Positions 8,409 through 17,241 of a stretch of DNA of 32,000 nt are shown piece after piece; the first letter of the stretch is position 1; every line of letters starts with the position of its first letter. The notes below the pieces were generated by a model that searched no databases, was not told the origin of the DNA, and saw nothing but the letters and a program-made list of their open reading frames with translations. The position numbers were made by a program, and so were the translations under genes. This DNA comes from Novosphingobium sp. PP1Y. GTDB lineage: Bacteria > Pseudomonadota > Alphaproteobacteria > Sphingomonadales > Sphingomonadaceae. The DNA is taken from assembly GCF_000253255.1 (NCBI RefSeq), contig NC_015579.1, positions 144,552-176,551 of the forward strand, written 5' to 3'.

Positions 8409-10325
8409 ATGGAAACCAAGATGCGCGAAAAGTCCCCTTTGCCCCATGCATCCACCGCTGCCCTGACCTTAGGCGCGATCGGCGTCGTCTATGGCGATAT
8501 CGGCACGAGCCCGCTCTATGCCTTTCGCGAGGCGCTTGCCCATGTCGGCGGGCAGGAGATCGGCAGCAGTGACATCATCGGGGTGCTGTCTCTGGCGCTT
8601 TGGGCGCTGATCATCGTCGTCACGCTGAAATACGTGCTCTTTCTGTGCCGGATGGACAACAAGGGTGAGGGCGGTGTGCTCTCGCTCATGGCTCTGGCGC
8701 GGATCGCGACCGGGGGGCGCTGGTTGATCGTCACCATCCTCGGTGCGACGGGCGCCGCGCTGTTCTATGGCGATGCGATCATCACCCCGGCCCTGTCGGT
8801 TCTCGCCGCTGTCGAAGGTCTAAGGACCGTGCCGGGGCTTGAGGGCATGGAACTGCCGATGATCCTGGGCCTGACGATGGCGATCCTGTTCGGGCTGTTC
8901 GCCTTCCAGTCGCGCGGGACGGCCGGCGTCGCCAGCCTGTTCGGCCCGGTGTGCTGTGTCTGGTTCCTTGCGCTTGCGGCGCTCGGCCTCATCCATATCT
9001 TCGATGCGCCGCAGATCCTGGCCGCTTTCAATCCGCTCGCGGCCACCGGCTTTCTCACGCAGCACGGTATGGCCGGGCTCTTCGTGCTCGGAGCGGTGTT
9101 CCTGACCGTGACCGGTGCTGAAGCGCTGATCGCCGACATGGGCCACTTCGGGCGCGGGCCGATCCAGCTGGGCTGGCTGAGCTTCGTCTGGCCGGCGCTT
9201 ACGCTGAACTATCTCGGACAGGGCGCCATGGCGCTGCAGGCCCTTGCCGACGCGCAGGCCGCGGGCAGGCCGTTCGAGAACGCGGACTGGTTCTTCCTGA
9301 TGGCGCCCGACGCGCTGCGGGCGCCGCTTGTCGTCCTGGCGACATTCGCGACCATCATTGCCAGCCAGGCCGTGATCACCGGCGCCTACTCGCTGACGCA
9401 TCAGGCGATTGCGCTGGGACTGCTGCCGCGCATGACGATCCGCCAGACTTCGGCATCCCAGAGGGGCCAGATCTACATGCCGATAGTGAACTGGCTGCTT
9501 CTGGGCGGAGTGCTGGTCCTGGTCTTCGCCTTCAAGAGCAGTTCGGCCATGGCCACGGCCTATGGGATCGCGGTGACCGGCACCATGGTCGTGACAAGCC
9601 TGCTTGCCTTCATCATCGCCTGGCGCGCATGGCACTGGCAGCCGTTCTGGACCGCGCTCCTGCTTGCGCCGTTCCTTGGCCTCGACATCATTTTCCTGGG
9701 GGCCAATGTCCTTCGTATCATGCAAGGCGGTTGGGTCCCGCTGCTCGTCGCAGGTGTCATGGGGACGGTGATCGCGACCTGGCTGAGGGGTCGGCAGGTC
9801 ATGCGCCTGCGCATCGCCAGGCAGGGCGCCTCGATGCAGCAGCTGGCCGCCGCGCTGGAGCAGCGCCCTGCAGTGATCATTCCCGGCGTGGCCGTGTTTC
9901 CGACCGAGAACCTCGACGTTGCCCCCTCGGCGCTTCTGCACAACCTCAAGCACAACAAGGCGCTGCACGAAACGAACGTGCTGCTAAAGGTGGTCACCGA
10001 GGGCGTGCCCTACGTGGCGCCCGCCGATCGACTGGCGCTGGAGCGGATTAACGAGCGCTTCACCCGCGCCGTCCTGCATTATGGATACATGGATCAGGTC
10101 GACGTGCCGAGCGACCTCTCCCGCGGCGAAGGGCTGCTGCTGGGCCGAGGCGGGACTTCGTTCTTCGTGGGGCGCAATGCCATCCGGCGCGCCAGCAATC
10201 CCATGTTGCCGCGGTGGATGACGTGGCTTTATCGCTTCCTGCACCGTAATGCTGCCGATCCTACGGCCTGGTTCGCCATTCCGGCCAATCGCGTCGTGGA
10301 GCTCGGAAGCCAGATCGAATTGTGA
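8409..10325 (+). CDS. kup: Potassium uptake transporter Kup (KUP/HAK/KT family)
   Basis: 638-aa ORF. N-terminal signature LGAIGVVYGDIGTSPLYAF, about 12 TM segments, cytoplasmic C-terminal domain. An alternative ATG lies at 8421. Confidence 0.95.
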   Translation: METKMREKSPLPHASTAALTLGAIGVVYGDIGTSPLYAFREALAHVGGQEIGSSDIIGVLSLALWALIIVVTLKYVLFLCRMDNKGEGGVLSLMALARIATGGRWLIVTILGATGAALFYGDAIITPALSVLAAVEGLRTVPGLEGMELPMILGLTMAILFGLFAFQSRGTAGVASLFGPVCCVWFLALAALGLIHIFDAPQILAAFNPLAATGFLTQHGMAGLFVLGAVFLTVTGAEALIADMGHFGRGPIQLGWLSFVWPALTLNYLGQGAMALQALADAQAAGRPFENADWFFLMAPDALRAPLVVLATFATIIASQAVITGAYSLTHQAIALGLLPRMTIRQTSASQRGQIYMPIVNWLLLGGVLVLVFAFKSSSAMATAYGIAVTGTMVVTSLLAFIIAWRAWHWQPFWTALLLAPFLGLDIIFLGANVLRIMQGGWVPLLVAGVMGTVIATWLRGRQVMRLRIARQGASMQQLAAALEQRPAVIIPGVAVFPTENLDVAPSALLHNLKHNKALHETNVLLKVVTEGVPYVAPADRLALERINERFTRAVLHYGYMDQVDVPSDLSRGEGLLLGRGGTSFFVGRNAIRRASNPMLPRWMTWLYRFLHRNAADPTAWFAIPANRVVELGSQIEL

Positions 10326-10350
10326 CCCGAGAGCAGCTGGACAGGACACT

Positions 10351-11796
10351 ATGCAACGCTCGATTGCCTCTTATGCGATTGCCCTGTTCGGCGTGGCGGC
10401 CATTGCCTGGCTGACCGCAACCCTGCTGCCGCAGATCGGCATCGCTTCGGCCGCGCTGCTGTTTCTTCTGCCCGTTCTCTACGCGGCTGTGCGCGGCGGG
10501 TTGCTGCCCGGTCTGCTGGCCGCCTTTGCAGGTGCGATCGCCTACAACTTCTTCCTTCTTCCGCCGCGCTTCACGCTGCGGATCCACGGTTTCGACAACG
10601 TGATCAGCGTTCTCGTGTTCGTCGTGGTTGCCGTGGTGACGAGCCGGCTTGCGACATTGCTGAAAGCGCGCGAGGAGGAAGCGCTGGCCCGCGCCGCCTG
10701 CAGCGAGGAACTGGCCGCGCTTTCGGCTTTGCTGGCGAGCAAGGATGCCGCATCGGCGCTGGGCGAGGCCATCAGCTGGCTTGAACGTCGCCACGACCGC
10801 ATTCTGCTGATCGACGAGGATTTCTTGTCCGGCAATGATGCCGGTCTGTCCGCGCTCGACCTGGCCGCAGCATCATGGGCCCTCCATAACGCAGACATGA
10901 CCGGCCACGCCACGCAGGTCATGCCTGCTGCAGACTGGACTTTCATACCTCTTGGCCCCCGCCTCGGGACGGACCCGGATGTCCTTGCCGTTGCCCGTCC
11001 CGCGACCGGCGTCACGCGCGGCGCAAGCGAGCTGTCCCATCTCGGGCAGATTGCCGCGCTGCTCGGTCAGGCCCGGGACCGGGCCGCGCTTGAGCAGCAG
11101 ACGCGCGAGCGCGAACGCCTCGCCCAGGGTGACCGGTTAAGGCGCACCTTCCTCGCCTCGCTCGCACATGATTTTCACACGCCGCTGACGGTCATAACCG
11201 GACGACTTGTATCGCTCAGCCAAACCGTGCCCGATGCCGACGAAGCCCTTGAAGCGGCACGGCGATTGGAACGGATGCTGGAGGACCTGCTCGGCGCTGC
11301 GCGGATCGAAGACGGTTCGGTCGCACCGCGGATGGAAAGCGTCGATCTCGTCGATGTCGTCGGGGCCGCGGTGGAGGCCGTGCGCCTGCCGGGCCGGATC
11401 GCATTGGTGCGCGATATCCCGCCGGACCTCCCATTCGTCCATGCGGATCCGGTCCTGCTGCGCCATTGTCTGATCAACTTGCTGGATAATGCCGGGCGGC
11501 ACGCCTCCGGCACCGTTACGCTTTCGGCGCGATGTGCAGGTTCCCGCATGGCGCTGGCGGTCTGCGATGACGGTGGCGGGATCGCCGAAGCGGACCGCGC
11601 GCGGATCTTCGAGCGGTTCATCAGGCTTGAAGGCGATGACCGGGGGCAGGGCAGTGGGCTGGGCCTCTCGATCGTCAAGGGCTTCGCAGAGGCCATGGCG
11701 ATCCCCATAACCGTGTCGGACAGCGCGTCCGGCGGCGCCTGTTTCCGTCTCTCGCTGGCGCAGGTCAGTCCCCGGCAACCGGAGCCCGAAGAATGA
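10351..11796 (+). CDS. Sensor histidine kinase, KdpD C-terminal-type (membrane domain + HisKA + HATPase); lacks the KdpD N-terminal and Usp domains
   Basis: Start at ATG 10351, preceded by AGGA. Four TM helices. H-box FLASLAHDFHTPL. N, G1 and G2 boxes (LINLLDNAGRH, DDGGGI, GSGLGLSIV). The ORF extension back to 10249 overlaps kup and is rejected. Confidence 0.8.
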   Translation: MQRSIASYAIALFGVAAIAWLTATLLPQIGIASAALLFLLPVLYAAVRGGLLPGLLAAFAGAIAYNFFLLPPRFTLRIHGFDNVISVLVFVVVAVVTSRLATLLKAREEEALARAACSEELAALSALLASKDAASALGEAISWLERRHDRILLIDEDFLSGNDAGLSALDLAAASWALHNADMTGHATQVMPAADWTFIPLGPRLGTDPDVLAVARPATGVTRGASELSHLGQIAALLGQARDRAALEQQTRERERLAQGDRLRRTFLASLAHDFHTPLTVITGRLVSLSQTVPDADEALEAARRLERMLEDLLGAARIEDGSVAPRMESVDLVDVVGAAVEAVRLPGRIALVRDIPPDLPFVHADPVLLRHCLINLLDNAGRHASGTVTLSARCAGSRMALAVCDDGGGIAEADRARIFERFIRLEGDDRGQGSGLGLSIVKGFAEAMAIPITVSDSASGGACFRLSLAQVSPRQPEPEE

Positions 11797-12473
11797 GCAG
11801 TGTCCTGATCGTCGATGACGAAGCGGCAATCCGGCGCCTGCTCGAGGCAATCCTGTCCCGCGCCGGTCACGACGTCATCGCTGCCCCGAACGCGGCCAGC
11901 GCGCTGTCCGCCCTCGATCGCGGCAATGTCGATGTCATCCTGCTCGACCTGGGCCTGCCCGACCGGGACGGACTGGAGGTTATCGCCGCGGTTCGGCAAC
12001 GCTCCCCCATTCCGATCATCGTGCTGACGGCGCGCCACGAGACAGCTGAAAAGATCTCGGCCCTCGATCTCGGCGCGGACGATTATGTGACCAAGCCATT
12101 CGACAGTGACGAATTGCTGGCGCGCCTGCGCTCTGCCCTGCGCCGTTCCGGAACGGCGATGACCGGCGATGACGAGCACCTCGAATTCGGACCGGTCAGG
12201 ATGGACCTGGCGCGTCACGAAGTGCGATGCAATGACGCACCGGTTGCCCTGACACCGCGCGAGTACGCGGTCCTCAAGGCCCTGCTGCAGGCCTCGGGAC
12301 GCATCCTCACCCACGCCGCCATCCTCGAACAGGTATGGGGCAAGACGCACGTCGAAAGCGTCGACTACCTGCGCGTCGTCATCCGCGCCTTGCGGCTGAA
12401 ACTGGAAGCCGACCCCTCGGACCCTCGCCTGATCCGCAATGAACCGGGCATTGGCTACAGGCTGGTTGGATAG
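11793..12473 (+). CDS. kdpE: OmpR-family response regulator, KdpE-like
   Basis: 226 aa. Receiver domain (DD...D...K). C-terminal winged-helix tail LTHAAILEQVWG...YLRVVIRALRLKLE...IRNEPGIGYRL. ATGA overlap with the kinase stop. Confidence 0.85.
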   Translation: MSSVLIVDDEAAIRRLLEAILSRAGHDVIAAPNAASALSALDRGNVDVILLDLGLPDRDGLEVIAAVRQRSPIPIIVLTARHETAEKISALDLGADDYVTKPFDSDELLARLRSALRRSGTAMTGDDEHLEFGPVRMDLARHEVRCNDAPVALTPREYAVLKALLQASGRILTHAAILEQVWGKTHVESVDYLRVVIRALRLKLEADPSDPRLIRNEPGIGYRLVG

Positions 12474-12559
12474 GGCAGGCTTTCCGATCCAGGCTGCGCG
12501 CTGCGCCGTGGCATTGCCCTCAATGCGGATGCAGCCTCACCGGACCTCCAGGCCCGCTT

Positions 12560-12691
12560 CTAGCAATGCATTGCTAGTGGAGATCCAACCTGCCGGCAGG
12601 TGTACTTCAAAACGATCCGAAAAATTAACGAATCATTTGTGTTTTTTACGTAAAAACAGCCCGGGGAATTGCACCTGCTTTGTTGCAGGTG
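12560..12691. promoter_or_regulatory. Cluster of perfect palindromes in the AT-rich tadG upstream region
   Basis: CTAGCAATGCATTGCTAG (12560-12577). ACCTGCCGGCAGGT (12588-12601). TTTTTACGTAAAAA (12643-12656). Hairpin CACCTGC-N6-GCAGGTG (12672-12691). GCATTG-N4-CAATGC lies at 12511-12526. Confidence 0.35.
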
Positions 12692-12695
12692 ACTA

Positions 12696-14696
12696 ATGGC
12701 AAATTGCTCCTGTGGGGGGGGTATACACATGTGGTGCGTCGATTTCTGCCGGTCACTGCTGCGTGATACTCGAGCCAATGTCTTTATTATCTGTGCGGCC
12801 GCGATGGTGCCGATTGCGGCAATGATCGGTGGGGGCGTCGATATAGGCCGCGCCTATATGGCCAAGAGCAAGCTTCAAAGTGCTTGCGATGCTGCATCAC
12901 TGGCTGCGCGCCGGGTGATGAAGGACGATAGTCTCAGCGACGAAGTTCAGGAGACGGGCCGAAAATTCTTCGATTTCAATTTTCCGGCGGGGATCTACGA
13001 AGCGACTTCGTTCGAACCGCAGATTTCGCGGCCGGAATCGGGGATCGTCAGGATCACGGCGGCAACCACCATCCCAACCTCGATCATGAAGATCTTCGGC
13101 TACGGAAGCATTCCCATTGCCGTAAGTTGCGATGCGTCGCTCAACTTCGTCAATACTGACGTTGTCCTGGTACTGGATGTGACGGGATCGATGGCCGATC
13201 CCATCGGCGGTGAACCGAAAATCGAAGCTCTGCGTGACGCAGTGCTCGCGCTTTATGATGAACTGGCACCTGTTCAGGCGCAGCTTGAAGATCAGGGACT
13301 GCGGCTACGTTATGGGATCGTGCCGTACTCGAGCACTGTAAACGTGGGCCATCTGATCTACAGCGTGGACCCTGACTATCTGCTGGACAGCGCTTCCTAC
13401 CCGTCGCGCACGGCAAATTTCAACCAGGCTTCCTACGTAGCCAACGATCCCAGTTCAAGCGGTGCCTGGGAGTACTACAGCGGAAGCTCGGGTTCCGGGT
13501 CATCCTCGCCGACGAGTTCGACGCGATCCTCCAGTCAGTGTCAAAGCTGGGTAAACTCCTCGGGAGGCACCGGGGGAGGACCTGCGCCATCTCCTACGTA
13601 CCAATTCACTTACGATGGGAGTTCCAGCAGCTCAAGCTATGTGCAGAGCATGAACTGGGGATGGTCAGGTGCTCCTGTGACCTCGGGTTCCAATCGCAGC
13701 TGCCGGCGCTGGAAGATTACTACCACCACGACGTACTCGACCCGGCGCACGTTCAGCAACTGGACCTACCGGCACGAGACTTACGACCTGAGCGACTACA
13801 TACAGCCCGGCGGAAGCATGCTTCTTGCAACGAATGCCTCCGGGTCCGTCGCCGAGCCTGGCGGAAGCTTCAATGCCCAGCAATTGGCGGCTGCCGCAAC
13901 TGGCGGCAGTTCTGCATCGGTAAGCTGGAATGGCTGCATCGAGGAGAGGGCGACCACAAGCTCGATCGATGGCGGGACCAGCATGGTCATACCTTCAGAG
14001 GCTCTCGACCTCGACATCGATGGAATCCCGAGCAGCGATGACTCGCGTTGGCGCCCCATGTTGCCAGACGTCGTGTATACCCGCACTGCCGGCTCTACCT
14101 CGGTCAATTCCAACAGCGGCAGCACCAGCACCACGGGATGGATCAAGAACTATTCCTACAGCCAGGGATACTGGGCATGTCCAACCGAGGCACGCCGACT
14201 GCAGGAGTGGTCGCGTGACGATTTGGAGGACTACGTAACGGGCCTGCAGACCGTCGGCGGCACCTATCATGACATTGGCATGATCTGGGGTGCACGGATG
14301 ATCTCGACCGACGGCATATTTGCTGACGGGTGCGAAGAGTACAATGGGATGCCCTGCAACCGGCACATCATCTTCATGACCGACGGCGCGCAGACGGCCT
14401 ATTGCAATGTCCTGACAGCCTACGGCGTCGAGCAAAACGACATGAGGACGACGGGCGCCGGGAACTGCCCCAGCCAACTCGCACGGCACCAGCAGCGCTT
14501 TCGAATGGCTTGCAATGCCGCGAAGAACATGAACGCCTCGGTTTGGGTGATCGGCTTCGACACGTCACTCAACTCGAACCTCACAGGGTGTGCCAGCAAT
14601 GCCTCCCAGGCCAGCACGTCATCCGATCGAGACAGCTTGATTGCGCGCTTTCGTCAGATCGGAAACCAGATCGGTGCCCTCAGGCTGACCAAATAG
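12696..14696 (+). CDS. TadG-like Flp-pilus-associated protein with vWA domain
   Basis: N-terminal TadG-type segment (RANVFIICAAAMVPIAAMIGGGVDIGRAY). vWA/MIDAS-like VVLVLDVTGSM. Ser/Thr/Gly-rich low-complexity insert. An alternative start lies at ATG 12729. Confidence 0.8.
   Translation: MANCSCGGGIHMWCVDFCRSLLRDTRANVFIICAAAMVPIAAMIGGGVDIGRAYMAKSKLQSACDAASLAARRVMKDDSLSDEVQETGRKFFDFNFPAGIYEATSFEPQISRPESGIVRITAATTIPTSIMKIFGYGSIPIAVSCDASLNFVNTDVVLVLDVTGSMADPIGGEPKIEALRDAVLALYDELAPVQAQLEDQGLRLRYGIVPYSSTVNVGHLIYSVDPDYLLDSASYPSRTANFNQASYVANDPSSSGAWEYYSGSSGSGSSSPTSSTRSSSQCQSWVNSSGGTGGGPAPSPTYQFTYDGSSSSSSYVQSMNWGWSGAPVTSGSNRSCRRWKITTTTTYSTRRTFSNWTYRHETYDLSDYIQPGGSMLLATNASGSVAEPGGSFNAQQLAAAATGGSSASVSWNGCIEERATTSSIDGGTSMVIPSEALDLDIDGIPSSDDSRWRPMLPDVVYTRTAGSTSVNSNSGSTSTTGWIKNYSYSQGYWACPTEARRLQEWSRDDLEDYVTGLQTVGGTYHDIGMIWGARMISTDGIFADGCEEYNGMPCNRHIIFMTDGAQTAYCNVLTAYGVEQNDMRTTGAGNCPSQLARHQQRFRMACNAAKNMNASVWVIGFDTSLNSNLTGCASNASQASTSSDRDSLIARFRQIGNQIGALRLTK
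12714..12721 (+). repeat. Homopolymeric G8 tract between the two candidate tadG start codons
   Basis: GGGGGGGG read directly at 12714-12721. ATG 12696 is upstream and ATG 12729 is downstream. Confidence 0.9.
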
Positions 14697-14707
14697 GACA
14701 GGATGCA

Positions 14708-15334
14708 ATGAAGCTGCCGATCAACCGATGGGATCGCATCTGCAGATTGCTGCGAGGTGACACGCAAGGCGTGACGATCATCGAGTTCGCTCTTGTCCTG
14801 CCTCCCTTGCTGATTATCGTCATTGGCGGCCTGGATCTGGGCTATCAGGCCTATCTGCAAACCGTGCTGCAAGGCGCCCTGAACGATGTTGCGCGTTCAG
14901 GATCGATGGAATCTCCCTCATTCGATTGCGATGGAGACACGGTGGAAGCGAAGATCGGCTGTGCAGTCCAGAGCAGGTCCGACGTGATCGCGCGTGACGC
15001 GACCTACAGCATCGTGATGAAGAGCTTTTACGACTTTTCCGGCGTTGGCCGCAGCGAAAAGCTGATCACCGACTACAATGGGAACGGCGAGTATGATGAT
15101 GGCGATTGCTACTCCGATCTCAACGAAAACGGATCCTTCGATGAAGATGCCGGAAAGGAAGGCGTCGGCGGGGCGGACGACGTAGTGTTCTACCAGGCTT
15201 CTCTTTCCATGCCGCGACTGTTTCCCATGAAGGGTTTGCTCGGATGGGACGACAATTACACCATCACTGCCGAAATGGCGCTCCGCAACCAACCTTACTC
15301 CCGTCAAAAGACGCCTCCGACGGTGTGCAATTGA
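14708..15334 (+). CDS. TadE-like pseudopilin/minor pilin
   Basis: Start ATG 14708 after AGGA. TadE N-terminal signature GVTIIEFALVLPPLLIIVIGGLDLG. Two DxNxNGxxD-type acidic loops (DYNGNGEYDDGD, DLNENGSFDED). Confidence 0.75.
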   Translation: MKLPINRWDRICRLLRGDTQGVTIIEFALVLPPLLIIVIGGLDLGYQAYLQTVLQGALNDVARSGSMESPSFDCDGDTVEAKIGCAVQSRSDVIARDATYSIVMKSFYDFSGVGRSEKLITDYNGNGEYDDGDCYSDLNENGSFDEDAGKEGVGGADDVVFYQASLSMPRLFPMKGLLGWDDNYTITAEMALRNQPYSRQKTPPTVCN

Positions 15335-15984
15335 TGCGCTCGCCCAGTCCTTTGTGCGTGAAGCGCCTCATCGCTGCCAGCCTCGCCCGTCGCGAAGGGC
15401 TTGCCATGATCGAGTTCGCATTCGCGTTCCCGGTGTTTGCCTTGGTGGTCCTGGGCGGGCTCGAAACTGTTCATCTCGCAATGGCGCACATGCGTGTGAA
15501 TCAAATCGCGATCACGGTAGCCGACAATGCAGGCCGCGTTCGCACCGCGATCGATGAAACGAACATCAATGAGGTCTTCGCAGGTGCCGATCTGGTGGGC
15601 AAGTCACTGGGCTTCGCATCGAACGGAAGGATAGTTCTTTCGTCACTGCAACCGAACGAGCAGTCCGGCACCAGAAAAGGGCAAATGATCAACTGGCAGA
15701 GATGCCACGGTAATCTGTCCGTCGATCCAAGGTACGGACGGGAGGGCGCCGGCAAGTACGATGCTTCTCTCGTTGACGGAATGGGCGGTACGGGACGCCA
15801 GATTCAGGCCGCCGAGGGTACAGCCGTCATGTTCGTGGAAGTCACGTATCGGTACGATCCGCTGATCTCCGGCGTACTCGGATCCGGCCCGCAATTCATC
15901 CGTTATGAGAGCGCCTTCAACGTCCGCGAGCGGACCAATCAGGACATTTCCAACGTACAAGGCCTGGGTGTGAACCGCTGCTGA
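15334..15984 (+). CDS. TadE-like pseudopilin/minor pilin (second copy)
   Basis: ATG 15334 overlaps the upstream TGA (TGATG). TadE signature GLAMIEFAFAFPVFALVVLGGLETVHL. Confidence 0.75.
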   Translation: MRSPSPLCVKRLIAASLARREGLAMIEFAFAFPVFALVVLGGLETVHLAMAHMRVNQIAITVADNAGRVRTAIDETNINEVFAGADLVGKSLGFASNGRIVLSSLQPNEQSGTRKGQMINWQRCHGNLSVDPRYGREGAGKYDASLVDGMGGTGRQIQAAEGTAVMFVEVTYRYDPLISGVLGSGPQFIRYESAFNVRERTNQDISNVQGLGVNRC

Positions 15985-16012
15985 TCGAGAGTGAAATACT
16001 CGTTACGAAACC

Positions 16013-16399
16013 ATGCTTCTGTTTCCTGGAGTGCGTGAGATGTCTTTGATGGCAAATCGCAACACGGTACTGATTGTTTCGGGAATTGTTGTAGTTATTT
16101 CGCTGTTTATTGCAGATGCTGCGGATAGGAATTTTACAAACCACGAGGCAGGGCAAGTCAGATCTGCGACAGTGGAATTGCCCCATCCCGAAGGGGCCGG
16201 CTCGAAGGCGATCGTGACGAATGCAGATGGTTCACCCTATGAGCCGTCGCTTGAGGCTCCGGACGAAGCAGCGCAAGGTGACGAACCCGATGGCGATCTT
16301 GCCGCGGATTGGAGCCAGGATTCAGTCAATTCGAACGTTTCCAGCCAGACGTCCTCCATGGGAACGGAAGTCGTGGCCGGAGCAAGGCGCATCGATTGA
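16013..16399 (+). CDS. Hypothetical small membrane-anchored acidic protein; the 3' end may be chimeric with a transposon end
   Basis: One TM helix (NTVLIVSGIVVVISLFI), acidic Ser-rich tail, AT-richer 5' region. A likely start is ATG 16040, after GGAG. Weak coding evidence. Confidence 0.35.
   Translation: MLLFPGVREMSLMANRNTVLIVSGIVVVISLFIADAADRNFTNHEAGQVRSATVELPHPEGAGSKAIVTNADGSPYEPSLEAPDEAAQGDEPDGDLAADWSQDSVNSNVSSQTSSMGTEVVAGARRID
16341..16378 (+). repeat. Candidate degenerate Tn3-family terminal inverted repeat (left end)
   Basis: CCAGACGTCCTCCATGGGAACG (16345-16366) pairs in inverted orientation with 24024-24042 (17 matches, 2 mismatches, 3 gaps by hand). It recalls the Tn3 IR core GACGCTCAGTGGAACGAAAA (recalled from memory). 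It lies where an IR is expected relative to the tnpA remnant. It lacks the terminal GGGG. Confidence 0.3.
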
Positions 16400-16439
16400 T
16401 GGCTTCCACCAAGCGGGTTCATTTACGCACGATTCGAGG

Positions 16440-16869
16440 TAGTTGGCCTCGTCACAGGGCAGAATGATGCCCACAGGCCTGCGCCCCTGTCCATGCCGAC
16501 CCGCGCCCTCGGCCCCTGAGGCCGCGCGGACGAGTTCCAGCGCGGGTTCCCGCAAGCACTTTTCAGGATTTCAATCCGGAAGGCGCCTGTTCGGAAGTGA
16601 CGATAGGCTCACAGAGCGTCTGCGGCTGCCATGCGCGCTCGTTGGTAGTTCCATACCTGATCCAAAGCGACAGGGAGCCGGCGGCCCGGCTTCCCTTGCC
16701 GACTACGTTCGCCGGCGGCGAAGAAGGACGCGTCCTGCAAGGGCTCGATCCGGCCCAACGCCCGCGCGCTGCGCTTAAGCTGGGACAGGTCCTTCGCCGC
16801 TCGAACCTCAGGCGCGTGGCCGATAACATGCTCGCGGACGGCTCGACCAGCGCGCTCGCCTTGCCGCCG
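16440..16869 (-). pseudogene. Tn3-family transposase (tnpA) C-terminal remnant, frameshifted and deleted
   Basis: An 86-codon start-less open frame (16869-16611) reads ...LSQLKRSARALGRIEPL...FFAAGE...VWNYQRA. It carries the Tn3-family ALxxLGRIE(R/K)T-like and LWNT-like motifs. A second frame (ORF 16322-16555) reads GIILPCDEANYL, resembling WEHINLTGDY. No start codon and multiple frame breaks. Confidence 0.4.
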
Positions 16870-16942
16870 TCAGGCCGGCAAGATGTTCAAGGGCGTGCGA
16901 CGCCTTAAGAATTGGAAGATAGATCGCGACGCTAAAGGCAAA

Positions 16943-16989
16943 TTGTAGTTACGATAAACGATTGACGACCAATCAAATCGTAACTACAA
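16943..16989. promoter_or_regulatory. Candidate brnTA promoter/operator: perfect 13-bp inverted repeat
   Basis: TTGTAGTTACGAT (16943-16955) and ATCGTAACTACAA (16977-16989) flank a spacer that contains TTGACG. The element ends 6 nt before the brnT ATG. Confidence 0.5.
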
Positions 16990-16995
16990 AAAACC

Positions 16996-17241
16996 ATGAT
17001 CATCGTATGGGATGAACCGAAACGGCAAGCGAACCTCGTCAAGCACGGGATCGACTTTGCCGATGTGGGGGAAGCGTTCTTCCTCTCCGCTCTGGTTATC
17101 CCCGCGAAGGACGGACGCTTTGCCGCCATCGGTGAGATGAACGGCACGATCACGGTGATTTTCGCTGTGCTGGGCACCGAAGGCGTCTCGATCATCTCTG
17201 CCCGCCCGGCCAGCATTATGGAACGGAGGCTCCTGCCATGA
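16996..17241 (+). CDS. brnT: BrnT-family (DUF497) toxin
   Basis: 81 aa. WDEPKRQANLVKHGIDF...IISARPA pattern typical of BrnT. 4-nt overlap with the downstream gene. Confidence 0.85.
   Translation: MIIVWDEPKRQANLVKHGIDFADVGEAFFLSALVIPAKDGRFAAIGEMNGTITVIFAVLGTEGVSIISARPASIMERRLLP

Noticed and set aside
10249-10350. 5' extension of the histidine-kinase ORF, overlapping the kup 3' end
   Set aside because: ATG 10351 has an AGGA Shine-Dalgarno and begins directly at the first TM helix. The extension has no protein-like features.
16545-16585. GGGTTCCCGCAAGCACTTTTCAGGATTTCAATCCGGAAGG, considered as the Tn3-type IR
   Set aside because: It lies inside the tnpA remnant (transposase-like frames continue to about 16400). 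The 16341-16378 candidate fits the expected position better.
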